Assembly: GCA_035512695.1 (NCBI GenBank)
Contig: DATKDL010000027.1
Location: forward strand, 21,357-85,356
DNA from: Anaerolineales bacterium
Lineage (GTDB): Bacteria; Chloroflexota; Anaerolineae; Anaerolineales; JABWBV01
Direction: 5' to 3'
DNA: 64,000 nt
This document shows, one piece after another, positions 1 to 9,578 of this stretch (positions are counted from its first letter, which is position 1; each line of letters starts with the position of its first letter). Position numbers and translations under genes: made by a program. Below the pieces are notes generated by a model. That model searched no databases. It was given only the letters and a program-made list of their open reading frames with translations, and had not been told where the DNA came from.

Positions 1-1
1 C

Positions 2-736
2 TGCCAGGCAGCCGGTGAGCCGAACGGCACGCCGGAGGCGGCGACACCGCTCCCGATGGGCGTTCCGTTCGAGGGCGAGATCTGTCCGGTGGGGGATATC
101 GATTTTTACAGTTTCACAGGGGACGCTGGAGATCGGATCCGGCTGGATGTCGATGCGCAATCCACCGGTTCGCAGCTCGATGCGCACGCCTTCTTGCTCG
201 CCGGGGATGGGGCGTCGGTGATCGCGGAAAGCGACGACGAAGTTCCCGGTGCCCTGTTCGACCCGCTGATCGAATACACGCTGCCGGAAACGGGCGTATA
301 TTACGTGAAGATCCGATCCGGCAACCATCCAGAAGAAGGGGGACCTGCGTACCCCTACACGCTGAGTCTCGAGGCCGACGCGGTGGATCCGATGATCACC
401 GGGCTGAGCACATCCGTCCCGCTGGACGATCCCTGGGACCTTCCGCAGCTGGTGACGCTCACCGCTTCGGCTTTCGACAGCGATTCCGGGCTGGCGTCCA
501 TCGAGTTCTTTTACCATTCATACAATTGGGGACAGGATCTCTGGATCAGCCTGGGTGTCGACCAGGACGGTTCGAACGGCTGGTCGGCTGTTTGGGACAC
601 GAATGCGCTCCCGCCGCATCCGGGGACGGCGCTGCTGGCCGTCGCAACAGATCGAGCCGGGAACGTCGCTGCCTTCGGTCTTTGGGACCTTTTCCCGATC
701 CCGGATGTGCTCTATCTGCCGGTCACGATCCGGTAG
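2..736 (+). CDS. Secreted protein, C-terminal fragment (5' end outside window), with a PPC (pre-peptidase C-terminal)-like domain and an Ig-like domain
   Basis: The frame is open from the window edge to TAG 734-736. [25 protein letters not shown]...GVYYVKIRS fits the PPC-domain pattern. The last ~110 aa are beta-rich ([19 protein letters not shown]...AVATDRAGN). Confidence 0.5.
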   Translation, partial: CQAAGEPNGTPEAATPLPMGVPFEGEICPVGDIDFYSFTGDAGDRIRLDVDAQSTGSQLDAHAFLLAGDGASVIAESDDEVPGALFDPLIEYTLPETGVYYVKIRSGNHPEEGGPAYPYTLSLEADAVDPMITGLSTSVPLDDPWDLPQLVTLTASAFDSDSGLASIEFFYHSYNWGQDLWISLGVDQDGSNGWSAVWDTNALPPHPGTALLAVATDRAGNVAAFGLWDLFPIPDVLYLPVTIR

Positions 737-753
737 GATGGAAACCGAAAAAA

Positions 754-1713
754 ATGAAACTGATCATCCAGATCCCCAGCCACAACGAAGCCGAGACGAT
801 TGCGGAAACGATCGCGGCCCTACCGGACCGGATCCCGGGCCTGGACGAGATCGCCGTGCTCATCATCGACAACGCCTCGACGGACGACACGGCCGCCGTC
901 GCCCGCCGGGCCGGGGCGCATCACGTCATCCACGTCCCGCAGCCGGGTCTGGCAGGGGCTTTCACCGCGGGGCTCGAGGCCTGCCTGCAGCTCGGTGCCG
1001 ACCTGATCGTCAACACCGATGCGGACAACCAGTATTTTGCCGGGGATATCCCGGCGCTGGTCGCTCCGATCCTGGACGGTCGGGCCGATCTCGTGATCGG
1101 AGACCGTGGGGTGGCTTCCGTGGAAAGTTTTTCACCGTTGAAACGCCTGCTGCAGCGCTTCGGCAGCTGGGTGATCGGCCGGGCCTCCGGTTTCCGCACG
1201 CCGGATGCCACCAGCGGGTTCCGGGCGCTCAGCCGGGAGGGGGCGCTGCGCACGCTCGTTCTCAGCCGCTACTCCTACACCCTGGAGACCCTGATCCAGG
1301 CCGGCGCCAGCCGTATCCCCACCGTCTTTGTCCCGGTCCGGACAAACCCGCCCACCCGGCCATCGCGCCTGATGCGGGGCATCCCGGATTATTTATCGCA
1401 TTCCACCGTGACGATCATCCGGGCGTACGCCATGTACCAGTCCCTGCGCGTGTTCAGCTGGATCGGCGGGCTGCTGCTGCTGGCGGGCACCGGTCTGGGG
1501 CTGCGGTATCTGTACTTCGTCGTCATCGGCCAGGGGTTCGGACACGTCCAATCGGTCATCCTGGCTGCCGTCCTGCTGATCGTCGGGTTCCAGGTGCTCC
1601 TGATCGGCCTGGTGGCCGACCTGATCGGCTTCAACCGCCGGATCCTGGAAGAGATCAATTACCGGGTCCGGAAGCTGGCGCTCAAAGAAAAGGGACCGGG
1701 ACCTCGTGATTAA
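754..1713 (+). CDS. Family 2 glycosyltransferase, polyprenol-phosphate-sugar synthase-like (Dpm1/Ppm1/GtrB/ArnC type), with C-terminal TM helices
   Basis: Starts at ATG 754. GT-A signature [12 protein letters not shown]...[11 protein letters not shown] and DxD motif (NTDAD). Two hydrophobic helices lie near the C-terminus. The stop overlaps the next gene by 8 nt. Confidence 0.85.
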   Translation: MKLIIQIPSHNEAETIAETIAALPDRIPGLDEIAVLIIDNASTDDTAAVARRAGAHHVIHVPQPGLAGAFTAGLEACLQLGADLIVNTDADNQYFAGDIPALVAPILDGRADLVIGDRGVASVESFSPLKRLLQRFGSWVIGRASGFRTPDATSGFRALSREGALRTLVLSRYSYTLETLIQAGASRIPTVFVPVRTNPPTRPSRLMRGIPDYLSHSTVTIIRAYAMYQSLRVFSWIGGLLLLAGTGLGLRYLYFVVIGQGFGHVQSVILAAVLLIVGFQVLLIGLVADLIGFNRRILEEINYRVRKLALKEKGPGPRD

Positions 1714-4135
1714 ACGTGTGGCCGCCCTGGCGCTGTTGGGGCTGTTTCTCTCTGCCTGCAGCTCGTCGGAAGACGGACAGACCCTCTCCCCGACGATCGA
1801 AATTTCATCTCACCAGGCCATCGGGCAGACCTTTGTGGCCGGGTGGGATGGGCTGAATGGGATCGTCGTGCACCTGGCGCCGAACGGTCCGGTTCCGGAT
1901 ATCCTGCGAGTCGAGCTGTTTGTGGACGTCGACGACGGGAAACCGCTCTGGGGCGGCGATATCCCCCTCCCGGCAGACCAGGGTCCGGCCGAGATCCGGA
2001 TCCCGATCGAGATGCAGCCCGAATCGGCCGGCCACGGCTATTTCATCACTTTCCGGACGGAATCGGACCGGGTGCTGGCCCTCTCGACCGGTCCGGGGCA
2101 TGCTTATCTCGACGGTGCGCTGCACCAGGACGGGCGGCCGCTCGACCGGCAGCTTGAATTCGGGTTGAAGTACCATCCTGTCCGGTTGGCTGCAGGGATG
2201 CTGAGGGATACCCTCCCTGTGCTCGGGGTACTGGCGGGGTTCGCCTGGCTGTTCACGCTGCCCGGCTGGGCTTTGTTCAGCGCTTTTTGGAGCGCCTGGG
2301 CGCGGCAGGGTGCGTTCACCCGTGTCATGCTGGCGACGGGAGCCGGGGTCGCCGTCTACCCGATCCTCCTGCTGCCGCCCTGGCTGGTCGGTGTGGGCAT
2401 TGGACGGGCCCTGGCCTGGACCGTTCCGCTTGCAGCGGCCGTTTCCTTTCTATTGCGCTACCGGCGCGGGGTTTGGAAACCGGACTTCCGGTTCAGCCGT
2501 CCCGATCTCTGGACGGTTCTGACGGCAGCCGCCCTTCTGGCGGTCCTGGTCTCCCGGCTGCTTCCGCTGCAGACCCTTCCGGCAGGGATGTGGGGCGATT
2601 CGTACCATCACACGCTGATCACGCAGCTGATCGTCGAGCGCGGCGGGCTGTTCTCGTCCTGGGAGCCGTATGCGCCGGTCGTCACCTTTACATATCACTA
2701 TGGGTTTCACACCACCGCGGCGGTGATGAGCTGGGTGTTGGGGCTGGACGCCGCGCGCAGCGTGCTCTGGGCCGGCCAGATCTTCAATTTTCTGGCCGTG
2801 GCCGCCCTGGCTCCCCTGGTGGGTGCGCTGCTGGAACGTGAACCGGAGAAGGCGTCCCCGGCCTGGCTGCCGGGCCTGGTCGCGGTGGTGGCGGCAGGTC
2901 TGCTGGCCCCGATGCCGGCTTTTTACACAAACTGGGGCCGGTACACCCAGGTCGCGGGCCAGTTCCTGATGGTCGTCTGGATGGTGGTGGCGCTGGACCT
3001 GTTCCGGTCGGGGCGGCGGGATTGGCGCCGGGAAATCCCCGGCTGGATCCTGCTGGCGGGTCTCGCGCTGACACACTATCGCGTGTTGATCTATACGATC
3101 CTGTTCATCGCCGCATACTGGCTGGTTCATATCCGCCGGGACGGGCTTTTCCAGGCGGCGGCATCCATCTGGCGGGCGGGATCCGGGGCGGCCCTGCTGT
3201 GCCTGCCCTGGTTCTGGAATGTGTTTGCAGGCGAATTGATCTTTATCCTCGGGACGCTTCTAGGCACGCCGGCAGAGTCGGTTGCGGAGCCCATCAGGAA
3301 TTACAGCAGGCTGGACGGTGATCTGACCCGGTACCTGCCGGCTGCGATATGGGGATTGCTGCCCCTGGTCCTGGTCTGGGGTATGGCGCGCCGGAACCGG
3401 GAAACAGGCTTGATTGCCCTCTGGAGCCTGTTCCTGTTTGCCGTCGCAAACCCGCACTGGCTCGGTCTGCCGGGTGCGGGGGCGATCAACAATTTCGCCG
3501 TCCTGATCGCGGCTTATATCCCCGCGGCCATCCTGCTGGGAATCGGTGCGAAATGGCTCGCCGCGCTCATCCGGGACCATATGCCACCGGCTGCGCGGTG
3601 GGCCTTGCCCGCCGGTGTGAGCGCATTTTTACTTCTCTGTGCCTGGGGAGCTGCCGGGCAGGTCGATTTAATAAACCCGGACGCGCATGCCCTGGTCACC
3701 CGTCCTGACCTGGCGGCGTTTGCCTGGATCGATGACAATCTCCCGGAGGATGCCGTATTTCTGGTCAACTTTTTCCCGACCGAGACCGGCGCCGTCGCGG
3801 GATCGGATGGAGGGTGGTGGCTGCCGTTCTACACACGCCGGGAGAGCGTCCTTCCCCCGTTCATCTTCATCTCGGAGAAGACCAAATCCCCGGATTTGCG
3901 CCTTGATCTGTTGGACCTGGCGGCCGCGCTTCGGGCCGGTGGACCGGCAGATCCGGCCTTCCTGGATCGTTTGGATGCGTTCGGGGTGACTCATATCTAC
4001 CTGGGCCAGCGCCAGGGCGGCGTGAACTCGCAGGGGACCCGCATCGAGATCGACCCGCTGCTGGACGACGACGAGAACTTCGAACTGGTCTATCGCGCCG
4101 ATCGGGTCTGGATTTTTGCGGTTTCAGACGACTAA
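1706..4135 (+). CDS. Large polytopic membrane protein, GT-C-fold glycosyltransferase-like (PMT/ArnT type, family unresolved), with a lipoprotein-type signal
   Basis: GTG 1706 overlaps the GT2 stop. Lipobox LFLSAC. A soluble N-terminal domain is followed by at least 10 hydrophobic helices and a ~170-aa soluble C-terminal domain. The function call rests mainly on architecture and the coupling to GT2. Confidence 0.55.
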   Translation: MIKRVAALALLGLFLSACSSSEDGQTLSPTIEISSHQAIGQTFVAGWDGLNGIVVHLAPNGPVPDILRVELFVDVDDGKPLWGGDIPLPADQGPAEIRIPIEMQPESAGHGYFITFRTESDRVLALSTGPGHAYLDGALHQDGRPLDRQLEFGLKYHPVRLAAGMLRDTLPVLGVLAGFAWLFTLPGWALFSAFWSAWARQGAFTRVMLATGAGVAVYPILLLPPWLVGVGIGRALAWTVPLAAAVSFLLRYRRGVWKPDFRFSRPDLWTVLTAAALLAVLVSRLLPLQTLPAGMWGDSYHHTLITQLIVERGGLFSSWEPYAPVVTFTYHYGFHTTAAVMSWVLGLDAARSVLWAGQIFNFLAVAALAPLVGALLEREPEKASPAWLPGLVAVVAAGLLAPMPAFYTNWGRYTQVAGQFLMVVWMVVALDLFRSGRRDWRREIPGWILLAGLALTHYRVLIYTILFIAAYWLVHIRRDGLFQAAASIWRAGSGAALLCLPWFWNVFAGELIFILGTLLGTPAESVAEPIRNYSRLDGDLTRYLPAAIWGLLPLVLVWGMARRNRETGLIALWSLFLFAVANPHWLGLPGAGAINNFAVLIAAYIPAAILLGIGAKWLAALIRDHMPPAARWALPAGVSAFLLLCAWGAAGQVDLINPDAHALVTRPDLAAFAWIDDNLPEDAVFLVNFFPTETGAVAGSDGGWWLPFYTRRESVLPPFIFISEKTKSPDLRLDLLDLAAALRAGGPADPAFLDRLDAFGVTHIYLGQRQGGVNSQGTRIEIDPLLDDDENFELVYRADRVWIFAVSDD

Positions 4136-4253
4136 TACCACGATTTACCCCAAAGGAAGTATTGTATCCGGGCCGGTGGCGCGGTATTCTTATGCTGGTA
4201 ACATAAATTTGGGCTCAGTCCCGATCAATATCCCTGTTTTGGAGGAATGTAAT

Positions 4254-5657
4254 ATGAAAAAGAAACTGATTTTACTGGTTGCAGCGTTGGTTCTCGCCCT
4301 GCTTGTCCCGGCTGCTGTGATGGCGCAGAGCCCCGGTGGGCTGGCCTACACCAGCGGCGTGCAGGTGGTAAACCTCGACTCGACCACCGCCAGCATCGGG
4401 CTGACCTATTACAACCAGGACGGCTCGGTTGCCACCACGTTCCCCGACACGATTGCCGGAAATGGGTCCAAGACCTATTTCCCGATCCAGGCCGACGTTG
4501 GATTCAACGGATCGCTGGTCATCTCCAGTAACAAGCCGATCACGGCGATCGCCAACACGGTCACGACCGACTTCAAATACGGCGCGGCCACCACGAGCTT
4601 CAGCGCCGGTGCAACCACGGTCAACCTGCCGCTGATCATGTGCAACAACAGCGGTTTCAACACCTGGTTCAACGTCCAGAACACGCATCCGACCGAGAAC
4701 GCCAATATCACGATCAACTACGCGCCTGGCGTATCCGGCGTGGGCGGCAGTGAAAATGCCTCCATCCCCCCGGGCGCGGCCAAGACCTTTAATCAGGCCA
4801 CCGGCAGCAGCACGAAGAACTGCTCGACCCTCGGCCCGACTTTCATCGGCTCGGCGAGCGTCACAAGCAACCATCCGGTAGTGGCGACGGTCATGCAGTT
4901 GAATACAACTTCGTTTGCGACCCTGCTGGGCTACAACGGCTTCATTTCCGCTGGTTCCACCTCCGTCGTCGTCCCCCTTGTGATGGCGCAGAACAGCGGT
5001 TTCTTCAGTGGGATCCAGATCCAGAATGTGGATGGCAGCTCCACTGATGTCACAATCGTCTACGCGCCGAACCAGGTCGCCAACGGCTTCCAGCCGGCCA
5101 ATGAAACGTGCAACGGATTGGGCGCGGGCGATTCCTGCACGCTCATCCAGGCCGGCGGCCAGTGGACCCAGACGTATATCGGTTCGGCCACTATCACGGG
5201 TTCTCAGAATCTCGTGGCTACGGTCAACCAGATCTCGCTTGGCAACCCGAACGCCGGACCATACGGGACCAGCTATGAAGGCTTCAATCCTGCAACGGCA
5301 ACCTCGAATATCGCCACCCCGCTGATCATGTCCAACAACAGCGGCTACTTCACCGGGATCCAGGTGATGAACGTGGGCGGCGGCGCTTGCGCCAGCGTCA
5401 CGATCGACTACGGTCCGAACAGCGGCGGCCCATTCAACCCGGTCAACGAGGTCTTCTCGTTGGGTGCCGGCGAATCGCACTCCGTTCTGCAGACCGGATC
5501 TCCCCCAGGCAATGGCGGAGCCAACACCTGGGGCGCCAACAAGTACATCGGTTCTGCCCAGATCTCGGCCCCCGGCTGCTCGATCGTTGCCACGGTGAAC
5601 GAGTTGGCGATCAAGAAGGGCGACAACTTCTTCACCTACATCGGGTACAACCACTAA
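4254..5657 (+). CDS. Secreted N/S/T/G-rich protein made of four tandem ~115-aa repeats (candidate S-layer or surface protein)
   Basis: SD GGAGGA at 4241-4246, ATG at 4254. Signal peptide MKKKLILLVAALVLALLVPAAVMA/QS. A repeated signature is seen three times: PLIMCNNSGFNTWFNVQN, PLVMAQNSGFFSGIQIQN and PLIMSNNSGYFTGIQVMN. These are spaced ~345 nt apart (DNA near 4626, 4970, 5317). Confidence 0.8.
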   Translation: MKKKLILLVAALVLALLVPAAVMAQSPGGLAYTSGVQVVNLDSTTASIGLTYYNQDGSVATTFPDTIAGNGSKTYFPIQADVGFNGSLVISSNKPITAIANTVTTDFKYGAATTSFSAGATTVNLPLIMCNNSGFNTWFNVQNTHPTENANITINYAPGVSGVGGSENASIPPGAAKTFNQATGSSTKNCSTLGPTFIGSASVTSNHPVVATVMQLNTTSFATLLGYNGFISAGSTSVVVPLVMAQNSGFFSGIQIQNVDGSSTDVTIVYAPNQVANGFQPANETCNGLGAGDSCTLIQAGGQWTQTYIGSATITGSQNLVATVNQISLGNPNAGPYGTSYEGFNPATATSNIATPLIMSNNSGYFTGIQVMNVGGGACASVTIDYGPNSGGPFNPVNEVFSLGAGESHSVLQTGSPPGNGGANTWGANKYIGSAQISAPGCSIVATVNELAIKKGDNFFTYIGYNH

Positions 5658-5800
5658 CCCGAGCAGGTTTACCGCTCACCAAACACCTTTCCGACCGTTA
5701 CGGGAAAGGGCGGGGGCGCCCCGGGAGAATACCCGGGGCCCTCCCGCTCAAATCACCCCGCTCAAAGGCTTCGGATCGGTTCAAAGTCAATTGTCCATGA

Positions 5801-5838
5801 AAAGAACTCTAGTCCGGAGTCTCCGACTAGAGTTCTTT
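5801..5838 (+). terminator. Stem-loop after the repeat-protein gene
   Basis: AAAGAACTCTAGTCCGGAG / CTCCGACTAGAGTTCTTT, ~18 bp with one bulge. Two shorter hairpins precede it in 5686-5760. Confidence 0.6.
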
Positions 5839-5856
5839 CGTTGAACAGGAGGTTGC

Positions 5857-6456
5857 GTGGCATCTAGAATTCAATCCAAGATCATCGGCCTTGCATCGAT
5901 CTGCCTGGCGCTTTTTTTGTCCGGTTGCAATGGGGCCGCTACCGCTGAACTGACGACGACCCCCACGCCGGGCGAGGTGTCCAACGGATATCCCGAACCC
6001 GGTATCACTGAATTCGTTCCCCCCTATCCGGCCGATTATTCGGAGGAGGAAGTGTTCCAGGCGAACCTGACCCCGGTCGCCCCCACGCCGGCGGTCTCCG
6101 AATCGTTTGGGGGGCTCTCCGTTCTCCTGACCTACGCAAATACAGAGGAAAGACCGGTCCTGGGACAGCTGATTTACGCGGTCGAAATGAAACCGGTTCC
6201 CAACATCGAGGGCGGTTTCATCCCCGTCCTGGATGAAACGGTCGCTCCGTCCGGGTTTACGGACAGCATGGGGCAGCTGCATATCGGATCAATCCCGGTC
6301 GGCCAGTACGCGCTTGCGCTCATGTCCCCGCTCGGTCCGATTTTGCTGGAAGATGAAGCCTCCGGCGAAGCGGTCGTTCTGGATATCACCGCAAACGAAG
6401 TGACCGATCTGGGGACCATCGCCGTGCGCCTGGATCCGGCCCCGCTCGAACCATGA
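5857..6456 (+). CDS. Lipoprotein with a carboxypeptidase-regulatory-like beta-sandwich C-terminal region
   Basis: SD AGGAGG at 5846-5851, GTG at 5857. Lipobox LFLSGC. The C-terminal stretch GQLHIGSIPVGQYALALMSP...VTDLGTIAV is typical of CarboxypepD_reg-like folds. Confidence 0.6.
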   Translation: MASRIQSKIIGLASICLALFLSGCNGAATAELTTTPTPGEVSNGYPEPGITEFVPPYPADYSEEEVFQANLTPVAPTPAVSESFGGLSVLLTYANTEERPVLGQLIYAVEMKPVPNIEGGFIPVLDETVAPSGFTDSMGQLHIGSIPVGQYALALMSPLGPILLEDEASGEAVVLDITANEVTDLGTIAVRLDPAPLEP

Positions 6457-6476
6457 TCCCGGAACGGAAAGGCCGT

Positions 6477-7454
6477 CTAACGCTCCTCATTCGCCTGGGA
6501 CCCGGGGTCGCCGATCCGATCCGGATCTCGAATAAAAACGTAGAAGACCGCCGCCAGGATAAAATCGTAGATCGTTGTCAGCAGGCGCGTCATAATTGCG
6601 ACGATCCCCGCCAGCGGCAGGGGCATAATCCCGGACAGCAGCAGCGATAATGAGATTTCCGCCACACCGAAAGTCGTTGGAAGAAAGATCGTCAGCGAGC
6701 CGAGTGCCCCGGCGAGCCCCCAGCTGCCCAGCACATACGGGAAGGCTTCCCGATCCAGGTCGACAAATATGCCGATCACGGAAAATACGAGGATCCCGCC
6801 TGCGATCCAGGTTGCCAGGTACGCCCCAATAACACCCAGCAGGACGTGCCATTTTATCGGGCCGGTCAGCTCTACCCCACGCCGGATCGAGAGCCATTTG
6901 ATCGTCCTGGGGGATAAAGATACGAACAGGATCCCAAGCCCAATCCCGATCAGACCCAATACGAGCACATCGGACACGCCTCGCTGCGGCAGGAGGACGA
7001 GCCCCAGGATCAGGCCCGTGATCACGATGACGGTCAGTTCCAATCCGCTGGCGAATGCCGTGAAGCTGCCCGGGACGTCGAGTTTTCGATACAGCACCAA
7101 TCGCCCCCCGACGTACCACAGGCTGCCCGGTAGGCGTCGGGCCACCAATGTAAGCGCGTAGATCCTGTTGTGGGCCGATCGCCGGATCCCGGGGGCCAGC
7201 GCGCCCATAATCAGCGACCAGCCGAACATCGCGGTGACAATCGACAACCCGTATCCGACGGCGGTCCCGATCATGCTCCACGGATTGGGATCGGCCAGGT
7301 ATCTCCGTATCTGGCCCCAATTTTCGAAAAGGATCCAGCCGAAGAAAATGGCCGTCAGGAGCCACATTGCGATGACGATCGGCCGCGAATTGACCCGCGT
7401 AAGCTGATCCAGCCGATTGACCAGTTTTGAGAAGAACTTGTTGAGCCTGTCCAT
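6477..7454 (-). CDS. Polytopic membrane protein, flippase-like (lysylphosphatidylglycerol-synthase TM-region-like family)
   Basis: 325 aa with ~8 hydrophobic helices. N-terminal pattern KFFSKLVNRL...IVIAMWLLTAIFFGWILF. It is the last gene of a tightly spaced minus-strand operon. The family call comes from architecture only. Confidence 0.5.
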   Translation of the reverse strand: MDRLNKFFSKLVNRLDQLTRVNSRPIVIAMWLLTAIFFGWILFENWGQIRRYLADPNPWSMIGTAVGYGLSIVTAMFGWSLIMGALAPGIRRSAHNRIYALTLVARRLPGSLWYVGGRLVLYRKLDVPGSFTAFASGLELTVIVITGLILGLVLLPQRGVSDVLVLGLIGIGLGILFVSLSPRTIKWLSIRRGVELTGPIKWHVLLGVIGAYLATWIAGGILVFSVIGIFVDLDREAFPYVLGSWGLAGALGSLTIFLPTTFGVAEISLSLLLSGIMPLPLAGIVAIMTRLLTTIYDFILAAVFYVFIRDPDRIGDPGSQANEER

Positions 7455-7481
7455 ACTCGGCCTTCGCTGCCCGTTCGCCGG

Positions 7482-8624
7482 TCAGCGCAACAGACTTTCG
7501 GCAATCGCTGCTGCGACCAGCCGGTTGGCATCCCCCGTTAAATGAAATGCGTCTATCCACACCAATCCATCGACGTGGTCAAATATCGGCGACAGGCTCG
7601 TAAAATGGGCCTGGTCCGCTTGCGTCCGCTCGATATATTCATAAACGGCAGACATGAGATCGACGAGGACCGGGTCCAATCCTGTCGAAAACGCTTCTTC
7701 CTCCTCGGTCAGCGGTTTATCGCCAACGGTCAGCACGGGTTGCAGGAAAAACTGATAATCAAAACCATAGCGTTCCGCCATGTGAGAAACCAATGCGATG
7801 TTGAAGAGATAAACCTCACCGACTTCAACGGCAAACCGGGGGTCGGTTATGATCTCAGCCAGGACCGGATCGGAGGATCTGCGGCTGGTGAGGATATGGA
7901 TCAATTCATAGCTGTTGGATGACTCGAGTACTGTCCGGACGAGGTGGTCGCTGTTGTTGAGCAGCGCTCGAATCCGATCCTCATTGTGATGTCCTCCTGG
8001 CCGGCCGTTCTGGTAACCGGCAATCACGTCGTTGACACCATCCAGAAAGATCACGAGATCCGGCAGGTTGCCCTTTTGCAGTTCGAGCAGCAGCTGGAGC
8101 GCGCCCTGGGTCGATACGAATGCCGGTTCTGCATAATTGACGATGCAGATGGTCCGGCCGGTTGATCCGGCAAGCTCTGTCTGCAGCAGGGACGGTATCG
8201 ATAACCAATCCGGCGATCCAAATCCCCACATCGTCGACCCACCGAACGCGAAAACCTTGTAGGCACCCGGAGTGCAGTCGGATCCGGTGGTGGTTCGAAT
8301 ACCCTGTTCGTTCACATTGATCGTTTCCCCTTCAAACGGCACTCTCCGCCATATGACGAAGGGATGGTAGCGGACCGGGTCGGCCTCAAATATTTGGCTG
8401 CTCTCTTCCCATAAATCATCCGACCAGGGCTGGGAATCGTAATACGAGACGGACCGCCAGCGACGGATTCCGGCGTTCACCCGAATCTCCAACGCGAGCC
8501 CTGCGAATACCTCGAAAATCAACAGCGATAACAGGAGCGATGTGACCAGGACACTGAGCCGCCTGTACATCCCCCGTGGATCGATGATCTTTTTCCGCAA
8601 CGGTCTTGCGCGTTCCTCTTCCAA
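7482..8624 (-). CDS. SGNH/GDSL-type hydrolase with an N-terminal membrane anchor
   Basis: Block I FAFGGSTMWG, block III FLDGVNDV, block V DAFHLTG. TM helix LSVLVTSLLLSLLIFEVFAGL. The start could also be the internal Met (MYRRL). Confidence 0.75.
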   Translation of the reverse strand: MEEERARPLRKKIIDPRGMYRRLSVLVTSLLLSLLIFEVFAGLALEIRVNAGIRRWRSVSYYDSQPWSDDLWEESSQIFEADPVRYHPFVIWRRVPFEGETINVNEQGIRTTTGSDCTPGAYKVFAFGGSTMWGFGSPDWLSIPSLLQTELAGSTGRTICIVNYAEPAFVSTQGALQLLLELQKGNLPDLVIFLDGVNDVIAGYQNGRPGGHHNEDRIRALLNNSDHLVRTVLESSNSYELIHILTSRRSSDPVLAEIITDPRFAVEVGEVYLFNIALVSHMAERYGFDYQFFLQPVLTVGDKPLTEEEEAFSTGLDPVLVDLMSAVYEYIERTQADQAHFTSLSPIFDHVDGLVWIDAFHLTGDANRLVAAAIAESLLR

Positions 8625-8637
8625 AAACGCACCTCCA

Positions 8638-9573
8638 TCAAAAGCTGACCTGCTTTCTGCAGCGAACGGTCACTTGTGGTCCGCGAAGCCCCAATCCGGT
8701 CAGGAAAAAGAGCGGTGCGGTCAGAATGCGGGCCGCCGGAGACAACAACCATTTGACGACCCGTGCCTGCTGCCCGGAGTCGAAATTCCGAGCCGTTAGC
8801 CAGAACCTGACGCTGAGTACGAACGTCGGATATCCGCCGATATTGGATCTCATTTTGATATCCTCGAAGCCGGCCTGGCAAAGCATATTTCTCAGGCTGC
8901 GGAGGTCGAAGACGAACATGTGCCGCGGTGCATCCAGACCGGCCCAATATGCTCCAAAGATCCGGGCGTCCCAACTGTCATGGTTCGGGACGCGCAGCAC
9001 GAGGACCCCGCCGGGTTTCAGGATCCGGAGGATTTCACGCAAGGTTGCGGCCGGATCGTGCAGATGCTCCAGAACATCCCAGAGCGTGACCGCGTCAAAT
9101 TCGCCGTCCTGGAAACTTGCCTCCTCCAGGGTGCCGGTGAAAACATCAAGACCCTGCTCGCGGGCGATCGCTGCTGCATGGTCGCTGATCTCCACCCCGC
9201 GCAGTTCCCATCCGGGATAGGCCCGCATCCCGAGCAGGAAAGCGCCGGTTGAGCAGCCGACATCGAGGATCCGGCCGCGCCCCTGGTAACTCAGCACGGC
9301 CTGGGCGCGTTTGCGCGTTCCATACCGCAAAACGCGGCGCATCAGTCGGCCTGCCCTGCGGGCGCCGGGGTCCGGTGCGTACGAATCATACTCTGGTGGG
9401 TAATGCTCGCCCATCTGGTCGATCGAAGGCCGCGGATTCTGGTAAATCAGTCCGCAATTCTGACAACGGACCAGCGTGGTAACGACCTGTTTCCGATCAA
9501 GCAGGAGATCCGGCAGCGACTGGATGACCTTTGAATCGGCATTCCCGCAGTGATTGCAGTTCACGAACTCCAT
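8638..9573 (-). CDS. Class I SAM-dependent methyltransferase with an N-terminal zinc ribbon
   Basis: Start chosen at MEFVNCNHCGN (9573), 5 nt after the upstream gene stop; the longer ORF to 9711 overlaps that gene. CxxC...CxxC ribbon (CNHCG...CQNCG). SAM motif ILDVGCSTGAFL. Confidence 0.8.
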   Translation of the reverse strand: MEFVNCNHCGNADSKVIQSLPDLLLDRKQVVTTLVRCQNCGLIYQNPRPSIDQMGEHYPPEYDSYAPDPGARRAGRLMRRVLRYGTRKRAQAVLSYQGRGRILDVGCSTGAFLLGMRAYPGWELRGVEISDHAAAIAREQGLDVFTGTLEEASFQDGEFDAVTLWDVLEHLHDPAATLREILRILKPGGVLVLRVPNHDSWDARIFGAYWAGLDAPRHMFVFDLRSLRNMLCQAGFEDIKMRSNIGGYPTFVLSVRFWLTARNFDSGQQARVVKWLLSPAARILTAPLFFLTGLGLRGPQVTVRCRKQVSF

Positions 9574-9578
9574 GGGTT

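Noticed and set aside
3780-3830. GGWWLPFY in the GT-C protein as an oligosaccharyltransferase WWDxG motif
   Set aside because: It is not a true WWD(Y/W)G match, and no other STT3/PglB catalytic motif could be identified by eye. It is mentioned only as a loose resemblance.
4272-5654. 460-aa minus-strand ORF covering the secreted repeat-protein gene
   Set aside because: This is an antisense shadow frame. It has R/G/D/V-rich low-complexity composition, no SD and no recognisable motif, whereas the plus-strand gene has a signal peptide, an SD and an internal repeat structure.
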